64,000 nt of DNA from Desulfobacterales bacterium (GTDB taxonomy: Bacteria > Desulfobacterota > Desulfobacteria > Desulfobacterales > UBA2245). The DNA is taken from positions 84,722 to 148,721 of the forward strand of contig JAXGZF010000008.1 of assembly GCA_040771865.1 (NCBI GenBank), given 5' to 3'. Position numbers and translations under genes: made by a program. The notes below the pieces were generated by a model. It was not told where the DNA came from, did no database searches, and saw nothing but the letters and a program-made list of their open reading frames with translations. This document shows, one piece after another, positions 50,040 through 61,011 of this stretch. Position 1 is the stretch's first letter, and every line of letters starts with the position of its first letter.

Positions 50040-51617
50040 GTGGACGATTCACGAATTCGGGCGGAGGAGGATCCGCTGTTCCGGTTGAAACCGGTTCTGG
50101 TGACCGGCGCCACCGGTTACGTGGGCGGTCGCCTGGTACCCCGGCTGCTGGAGGCCGGATACCGGGTTCGCGTGATGTCCCGTTCGATGGAAAAGCTCTC
50201 CTCCCGGCTCTGGGCCGATCATCCCATGCTCGAGGCGGTCAGGGGAGATGTTCTGAGTCCGGATTCTCTGCAGGCGGCCGTTCAGGGATGCAGGGCCGCA
50301 TACTATCTGGTGCATTCCATGAATCCCCATACCGAGGATTATGTGAAAACCGACCGAATTGCGGCCCGGAACATGACGCAGGCCGCCGCTCAAGCCGGAA
50401 TCGAACGCATCATCTATCTGGGCGGGCTGATTCCCGATGAGCCGGACCTGACGCATCATCTGAGTTCCAGAGCCGAGGTCGGACGGATTCTGCAGTCCGG
50501 GCCTGTTCCGGCCACCGTTCTGCAGGCCCCCATGATTCTTGGATGCGGCAGCGCCTCGTTTGAGATGATGCGGTATCTGGTGGAACGGATGCCCATTCTG
50601 ATCACGCCCAAAGGCATAAATAACAAGGTTCAGCCGATCTTCATCCGCAACGTGCTGAACTACCTGATCGGCTGCCTGGAAAACGAGGCCGTGCGGGGAG
50701 GCGCCTTTGATATCTGCGGCCCCGATATTCTGACCTACCGGGAGCTGTTTCAAATTTACGCCGAGGAAGCCGGCCTCAGGCCTCGCCTGTTTATCGTTCT
50801 GCCGTTTGTCAGCGAGAAGCTCAGCGCATACTGGATTCATCTGTTTACGCCGGTTCATGCCTCCCTGGCCCGTCCTCTGGCAGAAGGGCTTCGCCATAAC
50901 GTCGTGTGCCGTGAAAACCGCATTTCCCAAATAATCCCTCAGGACCTCATGGACTGCAGGGCCACGATTCGAAGAATCCTTCAGGTCCGCCGGGAAAAAC
51001 GGGTCGAAACCTCCTGGACCGATGCCGGCCTGTTGATTCCTCCCGAATGGGAACAAATCGGCGATGCGGACTATGCCGGCGGAGAGGTCAGGGAAATTGC
51101 CTGCCGCATTCGGATTCAGGCAAAACCCGCCGCGGTCTGGGACCTGATCGTCCGCCTCGGCGGAGAAAACGGATGGTATGTCGCCGATGCGGTCTGGAGA
51201 TTCCTGGGCCGGGTGGACAAGCTGTTCGGAGGCGTGGGCATCACCCGGGGCAGGCGTCATCCCGTGAAGCTTTCCATTGGAGACGCCCTCGATTTCTGGC
51301 GCGTTCTGGAAATATGGCCGTTCCGGCGTCTGTTTTTGGTCGGCGAGATGAAAAGCCCCGGAGAAATACTCATGGATTTTCAGCTCAGCGAATACGGAAC
51401 GCGGGCAACGGAGCTGAAAATCATATCGCGGTTTTTTCCCAGGGGCGTGGTCGGGCTGACCTTTGGCTTTTTTTTGATTCCGGTGTTGCGATGGATGTGT
51501 AAGCGGATACTGATCGCAATTTCAAATCGATGTTCCGAAGGTGATTTTCAGAAACCCGAGTTTTTCATGCCGACCTCGGAAGAACTCGCCTGGCGAAAGG
51601 TTCAAAGGAAAAGGTAA
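50040..51617 (+). CDS. Atypical SDR with C-terminal DUF2867-like domain (YbjT-like)
   Basis: TGATGYVG, YYLVHSM, HLSSRAEV, GSASFEM; GGENGWY, GDALDFWRV. Confidence 0.85.
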   Translation: MDDSRIRAEEDPLFRLKPVLVTGATGYVGGRLVPRLLEAGYRVRVMSRSMEKLSSRLWADHPMLEAVRGDVLSPDSLQAAVQGCRAAYYLVHSMNPHTEDYVKTDRIAARNMTQAAAQAGIERIIYLGGLIPDEPDLTHHLSSRAEVGRILQSGPVPATVLQAPMILGCGSASFEMMRYLVERMPILITPKGINNKVQPIFIRNVLNYLIGCLENEAVRGGAFDICGPDILTYRELFQIYAEEAGLRPRLFIVLPFVSEKLSAYWIHLFTPVHASLARPLAEGLRHNVVCRENRISQIIPQDLMDCRATIRRILQVRREKRVETSWTDAGLLIPPEWEQIGDADYAGGEVREIACRIRIQAKPAAVWDLIVRLGGENGWYVADAVWRFLGRVDKLFGGVGITRGRRHPVKLSIGDALDFWRVLEIWPFRRLFLVGEMKSPGEILMDFQLSEYGTRATELKIISRFFPRGVVGLTFGFFLIPVLRWMCKRILIAISNRCSEGDFQKPEFFMPTSEELAWRKVQRKR

Positions 51618-51624
51618 ACTCATT

Positions 51625-52620
51625 ATGAAGCCATCGGCTTTTTCTCCTGCAAAGCTTATCGAGATGTCCGGCGCCTACTGGCAATCGTGCGCACTTCATG
51701 CGGCGGTCGAGCTGGATGTTTTTACGGTTCTTGCGGACGAGGTTCTTTCCGCGGAAGCGCTGTCTTCAAGGCTCAAAACCGATGCGCGCGGCCTGAGCGT
51801 TCTGGCAAACGCCCTCTGCGCCATGGGACTGTTGATCCGGAACGGGGATGGTTATCAAAACACCGAAACCGCTCGAACCCTTCTGTCCCGGGATGCTTCC
51901 GGATATATCGGTTTCATTATTCTGCACCATCATCACCTGGTCGAATCGTGGGCGCGTCTGGATCAGGCGGTTCAGACCGGCAGGCCCGTTCGGACCCGCT
52001 CTTCCCACGGCGATGCTGTCCAGCGGGAAAGCTTTCTCATGGGCATGTTCAACATCGCCATGCATACGGCTCCCGGCATCGTGTCTGGAATCGATCTTGC
52101 CGGTCGGGAGGACCTGCTGGATCTCGGCGGGGGACCCGGCACCTACGCGATTCATTTCTGTCTGGCCAATCCGGATCTCAGGGCAACGGTGTTCGATCTT
52201 CCGACGACCCGGCCCTTTGCGCTCAAAACCATCGAAGGATTCGGACTTTCCGGCCGCATCGAATTTGCCGCCGGTGATTTTCTGAAAGATCCCATTCCCG
52301 GCGCCTATGACGTGGCCTGGCTCTCTCAGATTCTTCACGGCGAGGGGCCTGCGGATTGCGAAAAAATTATTGAAAAGGCCGTGTCGGTTCTCAGGCCCGG
52401 CGGCATGATTCTGATTCACGAATTTATTCTCGATGACACGCTGGACGGCCCCCTGCATTCCGCCCTGTTTTCGCTGAACATGCTTCTGGCGACCGAACAG
52501 GGCAGGTCGTATTCAGAGGGCCAGATTCGAGACATGCTCTTGCACTGCGGGATCAGGGGGATTCACCGAATGCACCTGAAAGGCCCCTCCTCCGGTATTC
52601 TGTACGGGTTCAAAGATTGA
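51625..52620 (+). CDS. SAM-dependent O-methyltransferase family protein
   Basis: Dimerisation domain AAVELDVF; LDLGGGPG, FDL, GDF, LRPGG. Confidence 0.88.
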   Translation: MKPSAFSPAKLIEMSGAYWQSCALHAAVELDVFTVLADEVLSAEALSSRLKTDARGLSVLANALCAMGLLIRNGDGYQNTETARTLLSRDASGYIGFIILHHHHLVESWARLDQAVQTGRPVRTRSSHGDAVQRESFLMGMFNIAMHTAPGIVSGIDLAGREDLLDLGGGPGTYAIHFCLANPDLRATVFDLPTTRPFALKTIEGFGLSGRIEFAAGDFLKDPIPGAYDVAWLSQILHGEGPADCEKIIEKAVSVLRPGGMILIHEFILDDTLDGPLHSALFSLNMLLATEQGRSYSEGQIRDMLLHCGIRGIHRMHLKGPSSGILYGFKD

Positions 52621-52634
52621 TGGAGAGTGATTTC

Positions 52635-53300
52635 ATGAAGAAATTGAAGGGTTCTGTATTTTTTATTATCTGTTTTGCATCGGCGATTTTTGCCGATTGC
52701 GCATGGTCTGAATTCTACCGCTACGTGGACCGGAACGGAAACGCGCATTACGTGGATGATCCGGCCAAGATTCCGGCTGAATATCTGGAGGCTCAGAAGA
52801 CTTACCAGGAACGCGATGATTTTCTTTCTCCGGATGAAAAAAAAGTCCTGGAGGAAAAGGAAAGGGCGCTTGAAAAAGATCGGAACAGGGCGTTTGAAGA
52901 ACAGATCGCCAGGCGCAGTCAGACCGATGTTTCCATTCAGGGCAACCGGGTTCTGGTGCCGGTCGAACTGGGCTGTGACGGACGTACGGTTTCAATCCGG
53001 CTGATTTTGGACACCGGCGCCGATATGGTGGTGGTGGATCAGTCCGTTGCCAGGCGATTGGGGCTTAAACCCATCGCGAAAGGGAAAGCCAGGGTGGCCA
53101 ACGGCGCCGAGGTGGATGCCCAGCTGGCGGAGCTCAGTTATATCGAGGTCGGACCGCATCGAAAAACCCATATGCGGGTTCTGATTATCGATCAGCAGGA
53201 TGCCGGTGCAACGCACAGCGGGCTCTTGGGTATGAATTTTTTGCGGAATCTGGACTATTTTGTCGATTTTCAGAATCAGGTCATTCGATGGAAACCGTAA
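52635..53300 (+). CDS. Exported retropepsin-like aspartyl protease with DUF4124-like N-terminal domain
   Basis: Signal peptide; FYRYVDRNGNAHYVD; LDTGA; GLLGMNFL. Confidence 0.85.
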   Translation: MKKLKGSVFFIICFASAIFADCAWSEFYRYVDRNGNAHYVDDPAKIPAEYLEAQKTYQERDDFLSPDEKKVLEEKERALEKDRNRAFEEQIARRSQTDVSIQGNRVLVPVELGCDGRTVSIRLILDTGADMVVVDQSVARRLGLKPIAKGKARVANGAEVDAQLAELSYIEVGPHRKTHMRVLIIDQQDAGATHSGLLGMNFLRNLDYFVDFQNQVIRWKP

Positions 53301-53366
53301 AATCATGGAAAGCAACTGGACGAAACAGGCGGGAATAAGGCGTTCAGGGCCGGCTTCCGGAGATTT

Positions 53367-54350
53367 TTACGTGTGGCCGGATATCGAATCAAAGGTTTCA
53401 ACCAGGAACCGTTCATACCATCGGGGTTGAAAGAGATTTTGAACAAAACCGTTGTGTCCGCCGTGCGGATGAATGATCAACCGGCCGGAATCGTCGATGC
53501 GAATGTTTTTATAATCCTCAACCGGGATAACGGGGTCATCGGCGGCGGCGATCAAAGCAACGGGAATCTGAAATGTCAAAGGATGGATTCCGGTCAGCGT
53601 GTACCGTGAAAAATAATCCTCGGCATCCGGATAATCGCTGTAGGTCGTGATCAGCGCGTCGGTGATTTTCCGGCATGAATTCAGAGACAGTACGTCGGTG
53701 AAATCGTAGAGACTCGGAAACAGTCGCTGCTTCTTTTTCAGGGATTTTCGCCATTTTTTCAGGAAATAGCTGCGGATGAGGGGGTTTGCATCAATGGCCG
53801 CCGTGGCTTTCCGGGGATCCAGCACCGGGCTGATCGCCGCAATGTGCCGCAGATTTTTCGCCGTTTGCGGCAAACCGGATGCGGCAATTCGAAGCGCGAA
53901 GTTCCCTCCCAGCGAGAATCCCGCCAGAAAAGCAGGGCGTTGTCCGGCCAGCCGGGCGGCTTGTGAGACGGCATCTTTGACCTCGTCGAGCAGGGTGGCG
54001 TAAAACAATCCGGAATTCAGTCCGTGGCTTTCTCCGTGGTCTCTGAGATTCAAACGGACCACGGAATACCCGTGTTCGTAGAACCATCGGCCCGCATGCA
54101 GGATATAGGCGGATTCGGCGCTTCCTTCCCATCCGTGAATCAATATGACCAGTCCTTTCTCACACCCGGAAGAATGCGGGGAATAATATGCCTGCAACCG
54201 GATATCTTCAGATGTATAAAAGATGATCTCCCTTGCCGCTGCTTTCATGGCGTTTTTACCCCAGGTCAGGGGTTTAAGGCTGGCGAGGGTCGTCTGAACC
54301 ATGGAAGCACACAGGTACGGAGCCGGCTCGAATTTTTCCAGAATATTCAT
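53367..54350 (-). CDS. YheT-like alpha/beta hydrolase
   Basis: HGWEGS, GFSLG nucleophile elbow, DDP, GGHNGF. Confidence 0.88.
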   Translation of the reverse strand: MNILEKFEPAPYLCASMVQTTLASLKPLTWGKNAMKAAAREIIFYTSEDIRLQAYYSPHSSGCEKGLVILIHGWEGSAESAYILHAGRWFYEHGYSVVRLNLRDHGESHGLNSGLFYATLLDEVKDAVSQAARLAGQRPAFLAGFSLGGNFALRIAASGLPQTAKNLRHIAAISPVLDPRKATAAIDANPLIRSYFLKKWRKSLKKKQRLFPSLYDFTDVLSLNSCRKITDALITTYSDYPDAEDYFSRYTLTGIHPLTFQIPVALIAAADDPVIPVEDYKNIRIDDSGRLIIHPHGGHNGFVQNLFQPRWYERFLVETFDSISGHT

Positions 54351-54574
54351 CACGGCAGATCCTTGAATAATCAAGCATAATAGTGCCTGAACGGACGCTT
54401 GTCCAGGGAAACATGGTCAACGGCGGATCGCACGCCTGAAATACCGCTTGTGGACAGACTCTATTTTTCATATAATTTTAAAGATCTTGAGTTTGGTGCA
54501 ATTCAATCGATTCAGGAAGAATGCGCGATGAACCGGCCTGTTTTTTCCAAACCCCTCTGGTTGTGGATTCAGTT

Positions 54575-54603
54575 TTGACAGACCTAGTATATTTGTATAT
54601 AGT
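54575..54603 (+). promoter_or_regulatory. Near-consensus sigma70 promoter of usp(-mutY)
   Basis: TTGACA-N17-TATAGT. Confidence 0.7.
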
Positions 54604-54648
54604 CCCATATCAGCTCAAACCGTGTTTACCGATCGAAAGGAGAATGGA

Positions 54649-55041
54649 ATGAAGATAATGGTGGGCTACGACGGTTCCTTTGTTGCTCAGGACGCTCTGA
54701 GTCTGGCCATGAAACACGCAAAGGTATTTGGCGCCCATATCGATGTGGTCACCTCCATGGTCAAAGGCACCGAGCATCAAATGGAAGACATTCAAAAAGC
54801 CGAACAGGATCTGAAGGAAATAAAAGAGATGCTGCAGCGGGAGAATATTTCATGCGAAACGCACCTGCTGATTCGAGGCCTGGAACCCGGAGAAGATCTG
54901 GTGCAATTTGCCCGGGAGAATAATGTGGATGAGATATTTGTCGGCGTCAAGAAGCGTTCGAAAGTTGAAAAGATCCTTCTGGGTTCGTCAGCCCGGTACG
55001 TGATTCTCAATGCGCCTTGCCCGGTCATGTCGGTGAAATGA
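54649..55041 (+). CDS. Universal stress protein
   Basis: KIMVGYDGS, LLGS, VILNAPCPVMSVK. Confidence 0.92.
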   Translation: MKIMVGYDGSFVAQDALSLAMKHAKVFGAHIDVVTSMVKGTEHQMEDIQKAEQDLKEIKEMLQRENISCETHLLIRGLEPGEDLVQFARENNVDEIFVGVKKRSKVEKILLGSSARYVILNAPCPVMSVK

Positions 55042-55081
55042 TTCAACTGCCCGCATATTATGTTCGGGGCCGGGATGCACG

Positions 55082-56263
55082 ATGACGCTTTATGTTCAGG
55101 CGGATTTCGCGTCGCGTCATGCCGCGGATGGAAACACGCAGTCAGGTTTCCGGCTACCGTACAACCCCGTCGAGTTCCGAAACGCCCTGATATCCTGGTA
55201 TCTGAAGCATTCCCGGAAGCTGCCCTGGAGGGAAAATCCAAATCCTTATCGGATATGGGTTTCCGAGGCAATGCTTCAGCAAACTCAGGTTAAAACGGTC
55301 ATTCCTTATTATCAAAGATTTGTTCTGAAGTTTCCCGATATTGCTTCTCTGGCGTCTGCCGACACGGAACAGGTCCTCAAGGCGTGGGAAGGCCTGGGCT
55401 ATTATGCCCGGGCACGAAACCTTCACCGGGCCGCACGGCGGGTCTGCCAGGATCACGGCGGATGCATTCCGGACACCTATGCGGCTTTCAGAAGCCTGCC
55501 GGGAGTTGGCGACTATATCGCCGCGGCTGTGCTGAGCATTGCTTACAATCAACCGCTGTGCGTGGTGGATGGCAATGTGAAGCGCGTGCTGGCGCGGCTT
55601 ATGATGATCGATGACCCGGTCAATGCCGCTTCCGCCCGTGAGCGGTTTCAATCAGAGGCCGACCGTCTTCTGGACCGGAAGCATCCCGGATGTTTCAACC
55701 AGGCCATGATGGAGTTCGGGGCCTTGATATGCCGACCGGGCAGTCCGCGGTGCAACGAATGCCCGGTGAAGGACTTGTGTCTTTCCTTTCAAAACGATCG
55801 AACTGTTGATTACCCGAAACGCAAGGTCAGGCCAAAGACGCCCCTTCACCATCTGGTCGCGGGAGTGGTTTTAAAGGATCATGAAATTCTGATCGCGCGG
55901 CGTCCAATGGAAGGCCTGCTCGGAGGCCTGTGGGAGTTTCCCGGAGGAAGGGTCGAAACGGATGAGCCGCCGGAAAGCGCCTGCATTCGAAACATCGCAA
56001 AGACGGTGAACCTGCATGTGGCGGTAGATTGCCATGTCGGCCGAATTAAACATGCCTACACGCATTTCAGAATTCTGATGGATGTATTTGTCTGCCGGCA
56101 TTGCAAAGGCACGGTCCGGTTGAACGGGCCTGAGGCTTTCCGCTGGATCTCCTTGAATGAAATCGAAAATCATGCTTTTCCGGCAGGACACCATAAATTT
56201 ATTCCCCGCCTTCGAATGATTCTGCAGAGTTTCCTTGAGCCGGAAAGGACAGGACGGTCATAA
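55082..56263 (+). CDS. mutY: A/G-specific adenine glycosylase
   Basis: RKLPWR, SEAMLQQT, GLGYYARARN, LPGVG, VDGNV, C-x6-C-x2-C-x5-C; Nudix-like C-terminus. Confidence 0.95.
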   Translation: MTLYVQADFASRHAADGNTQSGFRLPYNPVEFRNALISWYLKHSRKLPWRENPNPYRIWVSEAMLQQTQVKTVIPYYQRFVLKFPDIASLASADTEQVLKAWEGLGYYARARNLHRAARRVCQDHGGCIPDTYAAFRSLPGVGDYIAAAVLSIAYNQPLCVVDGNVKRVLARLMMIDDPVNAASARERFQSEADRLLDRKHPGCFNQAMMEFGALICRPGSPRCNECPVKDLCLSFQNDRTVDYPKRKVRPKTPLHHLVAGVVLKDHEILIARRPMEGLLGGLWEFPGGRVETDEPPESACIRNIAKTVNLHVAVDCHVGRIKHAYTHFRILMDVFVCRHCKGTVRLNGPEAFRWISLNEIENHAFPAGHHKFIPRLRMILQSFLEPERTGRS

Positions 56264-57397
56264 GAGACTCAGCTGAACCGGGCTGTTCAAATTGCGCCGA
56301 CCATTCTGCATCACGGGGGCCGTTTCGCGTCCATCGGATCTTTCCTTCAGGCTTTCCTCGTAAATTGCTTCAAACCGGCCGGGCCCCGCAGGCGCGATCG
56401 AAATCAGAGGATAGAACCGCAGATCCACCTCTTGGCGGGTCATCACGGGAAACCGGTAATTCCGGCTGAGGTGTTTCATTTCTCCCTGATCGTTCTGAAT
56501 GCGGCTTTCGACAAAATCCAGATGCGACTGAATTCTGTCCCGAAGTCTCTGCTGCGCGAGCTCCGCGCCCTGAATCAGCTGATCGAAGATTCTGCTTTCG
56601 AAACTTGAATCGATTTCAAAGCCGATGCTGTTTCGGCCGGCAGCCGCGGCCGCCAGCATGGCAGCGCCGGTTCCGAGAAAAGGATCGATCACCGTGTCCT
56701 GATACACGGAAAACATGTTGATCAGGCGATAGGGCAGTTCAAAGGGAAAAGCCCCGCTTCGCCGGCGGGCTTCGTTGCCGTTGAGCTTCTGAACCGCGCC
56801 TTTCAGATCCATCCATACATCCGAAAACCAGACGTTGCGTTCTTCCCAGAAAAAAGCGCTCTGTCTTCTGCGCATTCGATCCGGTTCGGAGTCGAATTTT
56901 CGTTTGCTCCCCTTTCGAACGATCAGGATGTGTTCATGTTCCAGGGTGACGTATGCTCCCGAAGGCAGCATGCCGGATCCCATGAACTTGTTCGGAGCGT
57001 TGGTCTGTTTGCGCCAGAGAATTTCCGGAAGAGCGCTGAACCCGGTTTGCTGCAAGGCGTTGAGAATTCTGGCATGATTGGAATACAGTTGAAACCGGTC
57101 ATTCAGGGTCCTGACGGCATCTCCGATGTTGATGCATGCGATGCAGCCGGGTTTGAGGATTCTGTAAAGCTCGCGCCAGACCTCGTCGAGGAGTTCATGC
57201 ATCAGGGCAAAGGCTTCAAGCCCCCTGCCGGCGCGCAGATGATCGGCAATGGCCGGATTCTGAGCGGCAAAGACCGAATCCCACATTTCAATCATGGGGT
57301 AGGGCGGGGAGGTAACCACCAGTTCAACGCTCTCCGACACAAGGTCGCCCATCTTTCGGGCGTCTTTAAAAATGATCCGGTGCTGTGTTTTCATCAA
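56258..57397 (-). CDS. Orphan beta-class amino DNA methyltransferase (probably m4C)
   Basis: Catalytic TSPPY precedes SAM-binding DPFLGTG; no restriction enzyme adjacent. Confidence 0.88.
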   Translation of the reverse strand: MMKTQHRIIFKDARKMGDLVSESVELVVTSPPYPMIEMWDSVFAAQNPAIADHLRAGRGLEAFALMHELLDEVWRELYRILKPGCIACINIGDAVRTLNDRFQLYSNHARILNALQQTGFSALPEILWRKQTNAPNKFMGSGMLPSGAYVTLEHEHILIVRKGSKRKFDSEPDRMRRRQSAFFWEERNVWFSDVWMDLKGAVQKLNGNEARRRSGAFPFELPYRLINMFSVYQDTVIDPFLGTGAAMLAAAAAGRNSIGFEIDSSFESRIFDQLIQGAELAQQRLRDRIQSHLDFVESRIQNDQGEMKHLSRNYRFPVMTRQEVDLRFYPLISIAPAGPGRFEAIYEESLKERSDGRETAPVMQNGRRNLNSPVQLSLL

Positions 57398-57454
57398 TGC
57401 GGTTTTCTGGCAAAAGATGGTTTCTCTGATCGAAATGCCCCATGCGCCGTCGGG

Positions 57455-57901
57455 TCAAGAAAGAATCCTGTCCATGGCCTCGAGCGCCAGTAAGTATCCC
57501 TGGAATCCCAGCCCGAGGATCTGACCGGTCACGATGTCGGTGATCATCGATCGGTGCCGGAAGGCTTCCCGCTTGTGAATGTTGGACAGGTGGACCTCGA
57601 TGGCCGGAAGATTCAGGAACAGCAGGGCGTCGCGAATGGCCACGCTGGTATGGGTGAAGGCTGCCGGATTGATGATGATGCCGTCAAAGCGGCCGGCAGC
57701 CTGCTGAATTCTGTCCACCAGCACGCCCTCATGGTTGGATTGAAATGTTTCCACTGCGATGCCGAGATCCCGGCCGCGCTGTTTCAAACCGGCGTCGATC
57801 TCCTCGAGAGTCGTTTTTCCGTATATCTCCGGTTCCCGCAGGCCCAGCAGGTTGAGGTTGGGTCCGTGGATCACCAGAACTTTCCGGTCAGGTTTCATCA
57901 T
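57455..57901 (-). CDS. aroQ: Type II 3-dehydroquinate dehydratase
   Basis: [31 protein letters not shown]. Confidence 0.96.
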   Translation of the reverse strand: MMKPDRKVLVIHGPNLNLLGLREPEIYGKTTLEEIDAGLKQRGRDLGIAVETFQSNHEGVLVDRIQQAAGRFDGIIINPAAFTHTSVAIRDALLFLNLPAIEVHLSNIHKREAFRHRSMITDIVTGQILGLGFQGYLLALEAMDRILS

Positions 57902-57932
57902 ACACGCCTTCCATGAGTTTTCAGGCAACAGG

Positions 57933-58592
57933 TTAATGATTTTGAATCCGGCTGCGCAGGTCCGTTATGGCCTTTCGGTAATCCGGAGCGTTGAAAATCG
58001 CGGAACCGGCCACAAATATATCGGCCCCGGCCGAGGAAATATCAGCGATCGTCTCGACGTTGACCCCTCCGTCCACCTCGATTGCCGCATTGAGTCCCCT
58101 TTTTCGAATCATTTCGCGCAGGGCTCGAATTTTATCCAGGCTGTTGGGAATGAAGGCCTGGCCCCCGAAACCCGGATTCACGCTCATGATCAGGATAAAA
58201 TCCACGAATTCGAGGATCCATTCCAGAGCATGCAGGCCGGTTGCCGGGTTGACGACTACGCCGGGAACGGCGCCGTTTTGCCGGATCAGTGAGATGGTTC
58301 GGTTCAAATGAACGCAGGTTTCCGCCTGAACGGAGATATGGGTGGCCCCGGCTCTGGCAAAAGCCGGAATATAGAGATCCGGATTTTCAATCATCAGGTG
58401 AACGTCGATGGGAAGCTGCGTGGTGCGGCGGACGGCTTCGACCACCATGGGCCCCATGGTGATGTTCGGCACAAAATGACCGTCCATGACGTCCACGTGA
58501 ATCCAGTCCGCGCCGGCCGCTTCAATGGCCTGTATTTCCCGGCCGAGGATTGAAAAGTCGGCCGAGAGTATGGAGGGTGCGATATATTTCAT
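57933..58592 (-). CDS. rpe: Ribulose-phosphate 3-epimerase
   Basis: [35 protein letters not shown]. Confidence 0.97.
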   Translation of the reverse strand: MKYIAPSILSADFSILGREIQAIEAAGADWIHVDVMDGHFVPNITMGPMVVEAVRRTTQLPIDVHLMIENPDLYIPAFARAGATHISVQAETCVHLNRTISLIRQNGAVPGVVVNPATGLHALEWILEFVDFILIMSVNPGFGGQAFIPNSLDKIRALREMIRKRGLNAAIEVDGGVNVETIADISSAGADIFVAGSAIFNAPDYRKAITDLRSRIQNH

Positions 58593-58692
58593 GGCTGCGA
58601 GTTCTCCGGTTTCAGGATGAACAGGTATCGGCCTGCCTGAAAATTTAGGTTTTGAATCAACGGGTCATCCTCATGGAAAAAAATTCGATGCG

Positions 58693-60036
58693 TCAGAAGG
58701 TTTTTCTGAGACGCACGGCAAAAAAACCGTCCATGTCGTGAAGGCACGGACAGGTCCGCAGGCATCCTTCCGACGTGAAAAGGGTTCCTGCCTTTTGACC
58801 GAGTCCGTCGACCGCTCTATCGATAGCAAACTCTGAATGATTATTCAAAAAGGATTTTACCACCGATTCATTTTCCTCCGGCTCCATGCTGCAAACCGCA
58901 TAGACCATCACACCTCCGGCCTTGACCAGAGGGGCCATGTTGTCCAGAAACCGGTGCTGCCGCCGGGCAAACCGGTTCAGATTCGAAAGATCTACGGACC
59001 ACTTGGCGTCCGGGTTTCTGCGAAGAACTCCCAGTCCCGAGCATGGGGCGTCGATCAGCACGGCGTCAAACTCCCGGCCGGTTTCCAATCCAACGGGTTG
59101 ATGCAGATCATGAACCCGAGTCGATACGATGGATACGCCCAGGCGCTCCATCTCATTTGAAAGGCGCTGAAGCTTTTCTTCGGAACTGTCCAGGGCGACG
59201 ATGCTGCCACGGTTGTTCATCATCTGGGCCAGATGCCCGGTTTTGCCTCCCAGACCGGCGCAGGCGTCCAGAACCTTATAATCCGGACGGGGGTCAAGCA
59301 TCCGTCCCACCAGTTGGGCGGCCTCATCCTGAACCTGAAATTTACCCTCTGAAAAACCGGCAAGATCGAAGACGGCCGCATTCAGGCCGTATAACCGGAT
59401 CCCATCTGGAGAAAAATCCGTGAGCTCGACCCGGTCGCACTGGGTTTTCAAATCTTCCGCCAGCTGCCGGCGCGTGGCGTTCAGTGTGCAGGTCCGCAGG
59501 GTGGTCGGAGCGATTTCGTTGACGGCGGCGCAGATCTGTACGGTCTTTTCGAATTCGAACCGTTTAAGCCATCTTCGAATCAGCGGTTTCGGAAACGAAT
59601 GGAAGGCGGCCAGCCAGCCTGCTGGATCATTCTCAGGATTCGGATACGGCGTCTTCTGATGATTTCTCGCGGCATTTCTCAACACGGCGTTGACAAATCC
59701 CGCCGCCCGTGCCGGGGCCTGTGTCTTGGCCAGTTCAACGGCGCTGTGAACCGAGGCTGAGACCGGAACCCGGTCCAGGTAGAGAATCTGAAACAATCCC
59801 AGACGAAGAATGTTTAAGATTCGAGGCTCGATGCGGGTGATCGGCGTTCTGGAAAAATGGGCCAGAATCCAGTCCAGCCGGGCCTGCCAGCGAAGCACGC
59901 CGTAAACCAGGGCATACATCAGGTCCCGGTCTCTTTTGGGAAGATCGATGTCGGCCAGCGCTCGATCCAGAGTGATACGTCGATTTTGAAGGGAATTGAG
60001 CGCCTGCAGGGCTTTGATGCGCGCTTCACCGATCAT
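58693..60036 (-). CDS. rsmB: 16S rRNA m5C967 methyltransferase
   Basis: NusB-like N-domain, VQD, DACAGLGGK, DAPCSG.G..RR.PD. Confidence 0.94.
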   Translation of the reverse strand: MIGEARIKALQALNSLQNRRITLDRALADIDLPKRDRDLMYALVYGVLRWQARLDWILAHFSRTPITRIEPRILNILRLGLFQILYLDRVPVSASVHSAVELAKTQAPARAAGFVNAVLRNAARNHQKTPYPNPENDPAGWLAAFHSFPKPLIRRWLKRFEFEKTVQICAAVNEIAPTTLRTCTLNATRRQLAEDLKTQCDRVELTDFSPDGIRLYGLNAAVFDLAGFSEGKFQVQDEAAQLVGRMLDPRPDYKVLDACAGLGGKTGHLAQMMNNRGSIVALDSSEEKLQRLSNEMERLGVSIVSTRVHDLHQPVGLETGREFDAVLIDAPCSGLGVLRRNPDAKWSVDLSNLNRFARRQHRFLDNMAPLVKAGGVMVYAVCSMEPEENESVVKSFLNNHSEFAIDRAVDGLGQKAGTLFTSEGCLRTCPCLHDMDGFFAVRLRKTF

Positions 60037-60069
60037 CGTATTCGTTCCTGTAAGTTGAGAAGGCGGCGT

Positions 60070-61011
60070 TTATGAGAAACACTGGCCCGCGGCCAGCCGG
60101 CATCCCCGCAGAAAATCTTCAATCGGCATGCGTTTTCCGGATTGGCTCTGAATCTCCAGAATCGAGATCACGCCGTCTCCGGTGGCGACTCGAAGCTCGC
60201 CGGGAAAGGATTTGATAATGGTTCCGGGCGCGGCATCGGTCTTGTCGGGAAGGGGAATTGCCTTGAAAATCTTGAACGTTCTGTCTTCGCAGGTCGTGTA
60301 AGCACCGGGCCAGGGAGCTGTTCCGCGGATCAGCGCGTCAATGGATTTTGCCGGGCGGCGCCAGTCGATTCTGCCGTCGGCTTTCTTGAGCATGGGCGCG
60401 TAGGTTGCCTGACTATCGTCCTGGGCAACCGGACGCAGGGTTCGAGCGGCCAGTCCGTCCAGGGTGTCCATGATCAGTTCGGCGCCCATGAGAGAGAGAC
60501 GGTCATGAAGCGTCTGGGCGGTATCCTGCTGAAAAATCGGCGTTTTCTTGACCAGAAGCAGGTCTCCGGTATCCATTCCAGCATCCATGAGCATGGTCGT
60601 GATGCCGGTTTCTTGTTCGCCGTTGATCACGGCTCGCTGAATCGGCGCGGCGCCCCGGTATTTCGGAAGCAGGGAGGCATGGATGTTGACGGCCCCGAGC
60701 CGGGGAATTTGAAGCAGCGCTTTGGGCAGAATATGCCCGAAGGCGACCACCACGAAAAAATCCGGCGCCAGCCCCGTGATGTGATCGATAAACTCAGGGG
60801 TTTTAACCGATTCGGGCTGAACGACCTCGCAGCCAAAAGTCTGGGCTGCGATTTTCACCGGCGGCGGCTCGACCCGGCAGCCCCGCCCCCTGGGACGGTC
60901 CGGCTGGGTGACGACCAGGGCCACGTCCTGAGCGTTTTGATGCAGGGCCTCGAGCGTGGGAACGGCAAACTCCGGAGTGCCGAAAAAAACAATTTTATAT
61001 GCGCGGTTCAC
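60070..61011 (-). CDS. fmt: Methionyl-tRNA formyltransferase
   Basis: [31 protein letters not shown]. Confidence 0.97.
   Translation of the reverse strand: MNRAYKIVFFGTPEFAVPTLEALHQNAQDVALVVTQPDRPRGRGCRVEPPPVKIAAQTFGCEVVQPESVKTPEFIDHITGLAPDFFVVVAFGHILPKALLQIPRLGAVNIHASLLPKYRGAAPIQRAVINGEQETGITTMLMDAGMDTGDLLLVKKTPIFQQDTAQTLHDRLSLMGAELIMDTLDGLAARTLRPVAQDDSQATYAPMLKKADGRIDWRRPAKSIDALIRGTAPWPGAYTTCEDRTFKIFKAIPLPDKTDAAPGTIIKSFPGELRVATGDGVISILEIQSQSGKRMPIEDFLRGCRLAAGQCFS

Noticed and set aside
55925..56015. MutY C-terminus as an active MutT fusion
   Set aside because: Nudix box lacks its catalytic glutamates (RNIAKT); normal non-catalytic MutY domain
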